DNA from: a virus | Direction: 5' to 3' (one strand) | IMG/VR virus record: IMGVR_UViG_3300037852_000415 | Location: 13,345-77,344 of that record | DNA length: 64,000 nt | In this document: positions 56,517 through 64,000 of the stretch, in pieces | Layout of the letters: each line of letters begins with the position of its first letter | Numbering within the stretch: position 1 is the stretch's first letter | The notes under the pieces: model-generated | Told to the model about the DNA's origin: nothing | Databases searched by the model: none | The model's input: the letters and a program-made list of their open reading frames with translations, nothing else | Translations under genes and position numbers: made by a program

Positions 56517-57493
56517 GCGGCGTCTTCATCGTCTGCCCGACGCTTCGGCGTCCGCATCCCAGGTGCGAAGAGAGCCTCACGCTTCTCCGCGATACGCTCA
56601 ACGCCGAGGGCGTGTCTACACCACCCGTCAAGTACAGCTCCGTCTGCCCCCTCTATTTAGCTAGAAGCATGCTTGCCGACAGGTTCCTCGAGTCAACAGC
56701 AAGCGTAATGCTTTCCGTCGACGACGACACCTCATTCAGACTCGAGGATGCGAAGGCCATTGTCGGCCCCGTGCTTGACGGCATCGCTGACTTTACTGGC
56801 GCCTCCTACGGCCCGCGTAGGCTTAGCATGAAGGCGCTTCGCGAATCCGCGAAAGACGACTCGAAGAGCGATATCGAGGTGCTAGAAGACGCCGCGCCCC
56901 TCTTCTGCGGGCAGATGACAGACGCAAGCTTGACTGGCAACGGCGTCAAGGGCTTCTACTACGCCGACCACTTCCTCATGGAGGTGGATTGGGTAGGCGG
57001 GGGCATGTTCTGTATATCGCGACGCTGCGTCGAAGCGCTGCTCACCGCCTACCAAGGGATGCTGCTCTTCGACAACGCCATCAACGCCGACGGCATCTGG
57101 CAGAGTGACGACATCGTCATCGGTAACAGGTGGAAAGCCATCGGCGGCGTGAGCTACTTCGACGCACACAGCAGGCTGATTCACTGGGGCGAGTTCGGCT
57201 ACAGAGCCGCCTTCGACCGCCGGGCCAAAGAGGAAGGGTTTGCCTTTATCGAGACGCCGCCGCGCGCTTTCGACGTCGACATGCGCCTGCATCCGCAAGC
57301 TATTCGCAACGCGCGGCACCCCGGTATCTTGCTGCGCGCGATGCGCGAGAAGGCGGGGTTGACGCGTGAGCAGCTTGCGGAAGCGCTGAAGGTGCCGCCG
57401 AGCTACGTGCATAACGTGGAGGGGGGAGGGATTGCACTGGTGGGCGCGCTGGCGATGGCGTGGAAGGCGCGGTGCGGTGTCGACGTGGCATGA
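56513..57493 (+). CDS. GT-A glycosyltransferase-like protein fused to an XRE HTH
   Basis: AR..LA..FL, VDDD, GGGMFCISR, SDD, L.H.G; C-terminal LRAMREKAGLTREQLAEAL.V..SYV..VE. Confidence 0.75.
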   Translation: MSGVFIVCPTLRRPHPRCEESLTLLRDTLNAEGVSTPPVKYSSVCPLYLARSMLADRFLESTASVMLSVDDDTSFRLEDAKAIVGPVLDGIADFTGASYGPRRLSMKALRESAKDDSKSDIEVLEDAAPLFCGQMTDASLTGNGVKGFYYADHFLMEVDWVGGGMFCISRRCVEALLTAYQGMLLFDNAINADGIWQSDDIVIGNRWKAIGGVSYFDAHSRLIHWGEFGYRAAFDRRAKEEGFAFIETPPRAFDVDMRLHPQAIRNARHPGILLRAMREKAGLTREQLAEALKVPPSYVHNVEGGGIALVGALAMAWKARCGVDVA

Positions 57494-58109
57494 ACTAGCC
57501 GCTGAGCGCGATTTAGAAAGCGCTCTGATCGATACTCCACACTGGGGCAGTATAGTCGCGGAGGTTCGCCGCAACCTACTGGCGGGCCACTACAAGGATC
57601 AGCGCATAGTCGATGCTATCTTCCAACGCGACAAGCGCGCCGGAAGATTGACGTTCGAGGAGGCGCACTGTTTCGCATGCGTATGGTGCGCTATCGCGGC
57701 CGGTGACATAGCCGTAGGGACTGTCACTGTGGGCGGAACACCGTACGCCGATGCTCAAGTCGACGATAACCTGGCCGCGCTGCGCAGACTGCCGCAGCTA
57801 TTCGACGTGACCATCAACCGATCCGCTAACGGCGATGGGCTACTGACATGGTCCTCGCCGATGTTCATGTACAGACGCACCCCAAACACAGACATCAAGG
57901 AGAAAGTGCGCGTACCCGCCGGCTCGTTAGCGTTGGAGATCGGTACGACGATGGCCAGCCGTACGTGGATGCACTTCACTACAGGCTTCGGTGTTGCTCG
58001 CTGGCCTTACGGAAGTCCATGCGTAGTCATTCTGCGACGGCTAGATTGGGACGGCGCTTCTGTATTGCCGCCTGGCGACGATGGATTGGAATCGTTTACC
58101 ACAGAGTAA
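57477..58109 (+). CDS. hypothetical protein
   Basis: Probable GTG start at 57477; converges on the recombinase. Confidence 0.5.
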   Translation: MSTWHELAAERDLESALIDTPHWGSIVAEVRRNLLAGHYKDQRIVDAIFQRDKRAGRLTFEEAHCFACVWCAIAAGDIAVGTVTVGGTPYADAQVDDNLAALRRLPQLFDVTINRSANGDGLLTWSSPMFMYRRTPNTDIKEKVRVPAGSLALEIGTTMASRTWMHFTTGFGVARWPYGSPCVVILRRLDWDGASVLPPGDDGLESFTTE

Positions 58110-59124
58110 CCGCGCGCCGTGCGCGCGCGTCAGCGTCCACCTGCCTCCGGTCGTACCGCGCGGTAGTGCGGGGGCTCTCGTGCCCCATCAGACGTTGCAC
58201 CGTCGCCAGATCTAGCCCCGCCTCGAGCAGGAACGTGCAGTACGTGCGCCGACAGTCGTGTGGCGTGAAGCTTTTGACCCCCGCACCGGCTGCCGCGGCC
58301 GCGCAGAGACGCCCTAGCCACTGCGAATTGAGCGCCTCGAGCCCCTTCCGGCCCTCGAGCCGTACGAAAAGCCAGGGGCGCTTCACCTTCAGCGCCGCGC
58401 GAGCCTCGAGCCAAGCCCCCAAACAGGCGCTTTCCGACGCCCCCACGGGCACCTCGCGCTCCTTTCGGCCCTTCCCGACCACGCGGACGACCCCCTCGGC
58501 GTCCCACGCCTCCACGGGGGCGCAGCAAACCTCTTCCGCACGCAGCCCCGCACCGATCATTAGGGCGAAACACCCCCGCACAAGGGCCCCGTACGCCCCT
58601 GCTAGCCCCTGCGACCACGCCCGAAGCTTGCTCAACTCCTCCGAAGTGAGGCTCCTACCGGCTGCGAGTGAGCTCCCGCGGGGCGTTTCTACGCTGCGGA
58701 GCAGCTCATACCGCTCCCGATTGATGCAGCCGAGCTTCCAAGCGTGCTTGAAAACGCTCCTCAGAGCTGAAAGGGTGACCGCGACGGTGGCCCGGCGGTA
58801 CCGTTTCACCAGCTCACCCCCGATAAAGGCGACGTCGGGGTACTCCAAAGAGCCCCACGGGTAGCTGCGCCACCCCTCAGGCTCTTTATCTACGTCCACG
58901 CCGAGGCACTTGAGGGCTCTTTTGAGCCCCTCTCTAAGCGTCTCCTGGCTCCTAGAGGAATAAAGAGCGTCAAAGGCGGCCTCCGCGGCTAGCGCGCGCG
59001 GCGCGGCGCGCACCACGCGACCCCCTACAGCCTTCGCCGGCACCATGGGGCGCGCGGGCTCCTCTGTAGGTACAGCCGGAAGTAGTACTAAAGCATCGAT
59101 ATCGTTGACTTTTTCGTCGATCAT
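58096..59124 (-). CDS. int: tyrosine recombinase/integrase
   Basis: GLRAEE (R), GKGRKER (K), HDCRR (HxxR), LMGH, RYD (Y); GGAGAAGG RBS. Confidence 0.93.
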   Translation of the reverse strand: MIDEKVNDIDALVLLPAVPTEEPARPMVPAKAVGGRVVRAAPRALAAEAAFDALYSSRSQETLREGLKRALKCLGVDVDKEPEGWRSYPWGSLEYPDVAFIGGELVKRYRRATVAVTLSALRSVFKHAWKLGCINRERYELLRSVETPRGSSLAAGRSLTSEELSKLRAWSQGLAGAYGALVRGCFALMIGAGLRAEEVCCAPVEAWDAEGVVRVVGKGRKEREVPVGASESACLGAWLEARAALKVKRPWLFVRLEGRKGLEALNSQWLGRLCAAAAAGAGVKSFTPHDCRRTYCTFLLEAGLDLATVQRLMGHESPRTTARYDRRQVDADARARRAVTLW

Positions 59125-59137
59125 GGCCTTCTCCAGA

Positions 59138-60055
59138 GGGCCTAGTTGCTATTAGGCCCACGTGAGAGAGCCTACCGCGCAAGGCTTTTCACGGCCAGTT
59201 TCCAGCGCCTTTGGTGCGATAAAGTACGCTACGAAGCCCGCCAGGCGGGCTCTTTGGCCTAGCCCCCGTGCGGGTTTCTGGCGCACCAAGGAGACGTCTA
59301 GCCTCGCCAGCGGGCCCGCTCGGGGGGAGGCACGGATGGGGAGGGGTGCCTCGTGAGGCTTTCCTGGTGTCTCCTAGGCGCTACGGCTGAGGTAGGATGT
59401 TCTCCCACCTTGTCGTCGAAAAACCCGGACGAAGCGAAACCGCGTACGCGGCTACGCGGGGAGGTGCGTAGGCTTCGCGCCAAAGCCGGCTCGGCCGACG
59501 GGATTCCGCTAGCTTAGCCGTGGCACGGGGGGTGCAACTACCCCTTTTGACGGCGCGCAGTAGGGCGCCAGGCAGGGTAACCAGCCCTGAACGGGGAGCG
59601 CGACTCCCCGCCCGCTCAGTACGGGGTCCGACCGAAGGGAAAGCCTTCGGTGCCCGGCAGTACAGGGTATGCCTGGCGCTCGCGTCCCACGCGAAGGGAC
59701 GGCGCGACGGCCATAGCAGCCTAAGCCCGCGTCCCACGCGCGAACCGCGTGGGAAAGGGTGCCCCCGATCGTAAGTCTCTCGCAGAGTCGTCCACGCCGC
59801 GTGACGTGGCCTCGCGAGACAAGGTCCAGAGGGGGAGCGCACTTCTAGAAAGCGCGAAAGAGCTCGGCGGAACCGAGCCACCCAAGGCATGTTGCAAAGC
59901 CCGAGATACCGAAAGCGCGCGCAAGCGCGTAGGGGTTAGGCACGAGAGACGCGTAACGCACGTCACGTGCCCCGGTTGACTGACAATCGACCGCGCGCTT
60001 TCGGATGTATCGGTCGCGATTCGTCAACGTCAAACTCGGACGAGGCGCGACCGAT
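59138..60055 (+). ncRNA. candidate large structured non-coding RNA (~920 nt)
   Basis: More than 15 nested stems, long-range helices of 10-13 bp, G-U pairs mostly on the + strand, no credible ORF. Confidence 0.6.
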
Positions 60056-60359
60056 GCAATTCTATAGCGACAGAAAACGGGAGCATGAGAAGTACGCCTT
60101 GCCGAATTGCGAGGTGTTCTACGTCAGCAAGGGCGAATGGTGGTACGACGACGCTGGCGAACGTTGTGATCCGTACGCGTGCCTAGCGTGCGCTACCGAG
60201 GAGTGTACCGAGCACCCTGGCGGGCCATGTGAGGCAGGCTGGTACTACTGGTTTTGCTTCCCCGGATGTCTGCCGGATAGCGAACCGTCGGGCCCCTACG
60301 ATAGTGCAGAAGCCGCTATCGCGGAGTGCCGTGAACTGTGGGAAGACGAGGAGTCGTGA
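60054..60359 (+). CDS. early-type hypothetical protein
   Basis: GWYYWFCFPGCLPDSEPSGPY; ATG 60054. Confidence 0.65.
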   Translation: MQFYSDRKREHEKYALPNCEVFYVSKGEWWYDDAGERCDPYACLACATEECTEHPGGPCEAGWYYWFCFPGCLPDSEPSGPYDSAEAAIAECRELWEDEES

Positions 60360-60733
60360 GCTCGAATCCGCGAACGTTTCAACCTACTACCGTCGCCAAC
60401 GCCTACGATGAGGCGCTCGCATACCTCGGCGGCAAGTCGAGCCGCAAGATCGCGCATAACACCTACCTCGCGAAGATCTTCGACGGCTGTATCGCGGTCA
60501 CCTACCACGGTAACGCAGTCATTCAGTACCGCACTGATGGGATCTACGTATCCTCATGCGGTTGGCGCACGTTCACCACGAAAGAGCGCCTGAACTGGTT
60601 TCTCCCGCGCGGCACGTGGGACGGTGAACGCTGGCACGACAACGTCGGGGTGTACCAAGAAGCCCGTGAGTGGTATCTCGCAGGGCCGGAGCCGCACCGC
60701 GTGCGGCGGTTTGAGGACGGAATGGTGGTCTAA
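60356..60733 (+). CDS. phage-type hypothetical protein
   Basis: RKIAHNT, VTYHG, GWRTFTTKERLN. Confidence 0.65.
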   Translation: MSSNPRTFQPTTVANAYDEALAYLGGKSSRKIAHNTYLAKIFDGCIAVTYHGNAVIQYRTDGIYVSSCGWRTFTTKERLNWFLPRGTWDGERWHDNVGVYQEAREWYLAGPEPHRVRRFEDGMVV

Positions 60734-60737
60734 GGCG

Positions 60738-61046
60738 ATGCGAAAGCACTACGAAGCGGATAGAGAGACGTTTTCGGCACCCGCTTACGCCATCAATGGG
60801 TGGCGCGGCGTTGCGTGGCACGTGCTCGGATGGGAGACGGTGCCCGATGAGGACACGGAGTGGTCCGGCTGCGAGGTGCGTACGGGGAAAGTCGTTTGCT
60901 GCATGGTAGGCGATGATCGGTACTTCGCCTACAGCCCTGACGAGCTAACTCCTATCAAACGGAGCGAATACTGCGGGGGGTGCGGGCAGATCGGGTGTGG
61001 GTGCGACGCGTACAGTGAAGAGGAGGAAGAGGAGAAGGAATCATGA
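60738..61046 (+). CDS. hypothetical protein
   Basis: MVGDD, YCGGCGQIGC. Confidence 0.6.
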   Translation: MRKHYEADRETFSAPAYAINGWRGVAWHVLGWETVPDEDTEWSGCEVRTGKVVCCMVGDDRYFAYSPDELTPIKRSEYCGGCGQIGCGCDAYSEEEEEEKES

Positions 61047-61663
61047 AAGGGTGGATCGATATCGGCTCCGACGTCAACTGGAGTGACTACGGGGGCAGGT
61101 GGGCGCGGCGCGCTCCCGATGGGAGCTACTACGTGATCGACTTCACGAACATGTACGACGCGTGCGGTGAGGAAGAGTGCAAGCGCGACGGACAGGCGCA
61201 ATACGTGTGCGAGGTGAAGCGCGTCGACTTGGTAGGCGGTATCGACGGCACGACTCTCGCCCGCGCGCTCGAATACGTAGGTTGGCGCATAGTGCTCGGT
61301 GAGGGCATCGTCTCCGACCAAGGCGACTTGGTCGCACCTAAGCAGACTCCTCAGTGCGAGCTCGCATGTGTCGAGGCGTGCGTCTCCTACGGGTGCGCCG
61401 CGCCGCTCGAATCCTTCAGCGGCAACAAGCGGGCGTCGTGGATTCGCGCCGAGGCGCGCCGCTACGCCGAAACGTGCATGCGCGACGACGCGCTACTCGA
61501 GGAGCGCCTACAGCGCCCCGTCAACGCCATCGGGAGCACCGCGGCGGAGTACGGCCGGGGGGATCTCGATTCCGCTTTGAATCGCGGACCGTTCGATACG
61601 TCCAAGAACATCATGCGCAAGCTGCATGGCTTGCCCCCAGTAGAGGAGAACGGCGATGGGTGA
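61043..61663 (+). CDS. hypothetical protein
   Basis: G.DVNWSDYGG.W; AAGGA RBS. Confidence 0.65.
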   Translation: MKGWIDIGSDVNWSDYGGRWARRAPDGSYYVIDFTNMYDACGEEECKRDGQAQYVCEVKRVDLVGGIDGTTLARALEYVGWRIVLGEGIVSDQGDLVAPKQTPQCELACVEACVSYGCAAPLESFSGNKRASWIRAEARRYAETCMRDDALLEERLQRPVNAIGSTAAEYGRGDLDSALNRGPFDTSKNIMRKLHGLPPVEENGDG

Positions 61664-61850
61664 GACGTACAAGATCGTCCGGCACTTCTTCAAGCAAGAA
61701 AACGAGGTCATCAAAACCGGACTCACGCTAGAAGAGGCGCAAGAACACTGCAACAACCCTGAAACGTCCTCGCGCACGTGTACGAAACGCGCGGGGCTCC
61801 GCCGCACTGAAGAACGGGGGCCGTGGTTTGACGGCTACGCGGAAGAATGA
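61656..61850 (+). CDS. hypothetical protein
   Basis: TGLTLEEAQEHC..PETSS, WFDGY. Confidence 0.65.
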   Translation: MGETYKIVRHFFKQENEVIKTGLTLEEAQEHCNNPETSSRTCTKRAGLRRTEERGPWFDGYAEE

Positions 61851-62362
61851 GCGCCGCCGCTCGTTTCGCCGACGCGCGTCTCGCCCTCGCCTACCTTCTC
61901 GGGGGCCATGCGCGCGTCACGCTCGTCAGTAAAAAGACGCAGGCGCGGTACACCTACCGCGTCAACATCAGCAAAGACAAGCGTCGCTTCTACGTCGCGG
62001 TGCTGACGGGGGCCGACAACGGGAGTGCTTACGAATTCATCGGCACTATCTTCCCCGACGTCGACGTACCGGGGGAAGGAGCGCGCTTCGCCTACGCGCA
62101 AAAGAGCCTACTCGCACCTAACGCTGCGTCGGTAGTGGCGTTCGCCTGGACGTTTCCGAAACTGGCGCGGGGCGTAATGCCCGAAACGTTGGAGGTGTGG
62201 CACGAAGGTGTTTGCGGAAGATGCGGGAGAGCTCTTACCGTTCCCTCGAGTATCGAAAGCGGCTTGGGGCCTGAGTGCCAAAAGAAAACCATACGTGGCC
62301 ACTATGAATTCGGGCAACTAGCCGAGTTTGAAGCCGACTTGAAAGGAGACCTACGCAAGTGA
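61847..62362 (+). CDS. DUF6011 Zn-finger protein
   Basis: HEGVCGRCGRALTVPSSIESGLGPEC. Confidence 0.8.
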   Translation: MSAAARFADARLALAYLLGGHARVTLVSKKTQARYTYRVNISKDKRRFYVAVLTGADNGSAYEFIGTIFPDVDVPGEGARFAYAQKSLLAPNAASVVAFAWTFPKLARGVMPETLEVWHEGVCGRCGRALTVPSSIESGLGPECQKKTIRGHYEFGQLAEFEADLKGDLRK

Positions 62363-63159
62363 ACGCCGACCTCATCGCCAAGATCAAGAAGCTTCGCGCC
62401 CTCGCCACGAGCACAAACGTCAACGAAGCGGCGAACGCCGCCGCTGCAGCCGAGCGGCTCATCGCAGAGCACCAGCTTAGTGAGGCAGATCTCGCTACCG
62501 AAACCGTCGCGCCTGGCGAGGCGTGTGAAGCCTTCACCGACCCGCTTTTCTCGCACGACGGCGAACGCCGCACTTACTGGAAAGAGTGGCTCGCGGCGGG
62601 CCTAGCGCGGCTCTATGGCGTAGTCCTCGACTGCACGTGGGTAAAAGTGCAAGCGAAACTCCCCTACTACCCGTACACCGGTACCGCTTCGCGCGTCGGC
62701 TTCACCGCTATCGGCACGAAGAGCGACGTGGAGCTACTCCGCTACCAGTACGCCTACCTCTCAAGCGAGATTGAGCGTCTCGCACAAGCGTTTCTCGACG
62801 GCAATAGCTTCGCGCGAGGCGAGGCCAAGACTGCGGGCAATAGCTTCCGCGTCGGCGCCGTCGAGGGCGTCATTGCAGCTATGCGCGAGGCGCGGGGCGC
62901 TACTGTCGTGGAGCACTCCGCCAAACACGGCAGCGGTGCGGCGCTCGTGCTCGTGTCGAGGCGCGACGCCGCCGTGGAGCTTCACAAGAAGCTACACCCC
63001 GACAAGTACAAGAAAGACGGCGGTGTGAAAGGCTGCACTACTGTGCGCTCCAACTGCAACGGGGCAGCGCGCGAGGCTGGCCGGCGCGCGGGCGCTGCGC
63101 TGCATAGCGCGGGCGCACTGGCGGGCGGCGCTAGCCGTCAACTAGGAGGCGGCAAGTGA
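62359..63159 (+). CDS. DUF2786 domain protein
   Basis: KIKKLRALA.S.N.NEA..A...AERL...H.L. Confidence 0.8.
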   Translation: MNADLIAKIKKLRALATSTNVNEAANAAAAAERLIAEHQLSEADLATETVAPGEACEAFTDPLFSHDGERRTYWKEWLAAGLARLYGVVLDCTWVKVQAKLPYYPYTGTASRVGFTAIGTKSDVELLRYQYAYLSSEIERLAQAFLDGNSFARGEAKTAGNSFRVGAVEGVIAAMREARGATVVEHSAKHGSGAALVLVSRRDAAVELHKKLHPDKYKKDGGVKGCTTVRSNCNGAAREAGRRAGAALHSAGALAGGASRQLGGGK

Positions 63160-63404
63160 AAGTCACCGGCCAGCTGCGCATTCCCGAGTGGTTCATCATG
63201 GCCGGCGTCCTGCACTGGACCTACAGGGGCGTTCGCTACGCGAGCCCCATCGTCGCCACGTGCCCGAAGTGCGGCAAGCGCGCCGTGATTGAACTGCCGG
63301 CGGCAATTCTTTCAAGCCAACCAGACGCGACGACACACGTGTGCCATCCGCTCCTACTGGGGTGTAACCACGGCTTCAAACTGGAAAAGGAAGATTCGCA
63401 ATGA
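63156..63404 (+). CDS. small Zn-binding protein
   Basis: CPKC, CHP...GCNHGF. Confidence 0.55.
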   Translation: MKVTGQLRIPEWFIMAGVLHWTYRGVRYASPIVATCPKCGKRAVIELPAAILSSQPDATTHVCHPLLLGCNHGFKLEKEDSQ

Positions 63405-64000
63405 ATACCTCGCTCATCGACAGTATCTCAGGTCTGCTCTTCGTCAAAGGCGTCGGCGACGCCAGCGAGCACACCGCGTGCATCATGAGCGCGGCGCGCA
63501 TCCTTGCCGGGGAGGCTAGCGTTGACGATACGCGAAACGACAGCTGCGCACGCGTTTGCCCCGTCGTGCGGCGCTTCGCCGTTGGCGCCAACGACTGGCG
63601 CGGCTGGAAGAACGACAAGGAGCGCACCGAAGCGCTTCTGCCTCTCGTGCCGCTCCTGCTCGACACCCATACCGACGATAAGAGTATCATCGTCAAACGC
63701 GCCTTCATCCTGGCGGATGTCGCGATCCACGTCTTTGCGCCAGCGGCGCTGGACGCGCGCGGCTTCAAGGAGCACGCCGCGAAGCTGCGGGGGCTGCCCG
63801 CGATTGTCGACGCTAAAACGGCGCGCGAAGCGCACACCGCCAACGCCGCCTACGCCGCCGACGCCGCCGACGCCGCCTACGCCGCCGACGCCGCCGACGC
63901 CGCCAACGCCGCCGTCTACGCCGCCGACGCCGCCAACGCCGCCGTCTACGCCGCCGACGCCGCCAACGCCGCCGTCTACGCCGCCTACGCCGCCGACGCC
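63401..64000 (+). CDS. 3'-truncated Ala-rich repeat protein (absent from the ORF track because it has no stop)
   Basis: MNTSLIDSISG...ACIMSAA...CPVVRRF..ND...AAYAADAA repeats; ATGA overlap. Confidence 0.7.
   Translation, partial: MNTSLIDSISGLLFVKGVGDASEHTACIMSAARILAGEASVDDTRNDSCARVCPVVRRFAVGANDWRGWKNDKERTEALLPLVPLLLDTHTDDKSIIVKRAFILADVAIHVFAPAALDARGFKEHAAKLRGLPAIVDAKTAREAHTANAAYAADAADAAYAADAADAANAAVYAADAANAAVYAADAANAAVYAAYAADA
63838..64000 (+). repeat. GCC-rich coding tandem repeat (9-nt units, 30-nt super-unit)
   Basis: GCC-(A/G/T)AC-GCC units; GCCGACGCCGCCAACGCCGCCGTCTACGCC recurs. Confidence 0.9.

Noticed and set aside
59138-60055. RNase P RNA, hammerhead ribozyme, group II intron, or coding ORFs (e.g. 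59381-59890 minus strand)
   Set aside because: No GAGGAAAGUCC, CUGANGA core or domain V found by eye; the ORFs lack an RBS and have R/P/A-rich non-coding-like composition.
63838-64000. Diversity-generating retroelement variable repeat (AAC/GAC/TAC variation)
   Set aside because: No reverse transcriptase or template repeat in the window; simple tandem expansion explains it.

Overview
A high-GC, gene-dense bacterial virus genome segment, truncated at both ends. It contains: (i) a replication/recombination set (VapE-type helicase, Cas4-like exonuclease, AAA_24 ATPase, DUF669/SSB-like protein, PolA with an N-terminal uracil-DNA glycosylase domain, ThyX, MazG-like, DUF5664); (ii) a tyrosine recombinase transcribed divergently from a cluster of small early-type genes; (iii) a large virion module. 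I could not recognise a terminase, portal, HK97 capsid or tape measure. Instead there are two or three adjacent proteins with single-jelly-roll-like patterns, a protamine-like core protein, about 15 single-pass membrane proteins with basic tails and a transglutaminase-like Cys-His-Asp enzyme, which suggests a large non-tailed, membrane-containing virus (inference). Top observations: a ~920-nt, densely base-paired non-coding region between the recombinase and the early genes (candidate giant structured RNA); a G-[VLMF]-G-Q motif shared by eight putative virion proteins (candidate maturation-cleavage or cross-linking system); a 17-repeat acidic membrane-anchored protein; an atypical tRNA-like element; two small RNA folds with anti-Shine-Dalgarno loops; and about 12 apparently leaderless genes. 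All family calls come from motif recognition by eye; no searches were run.
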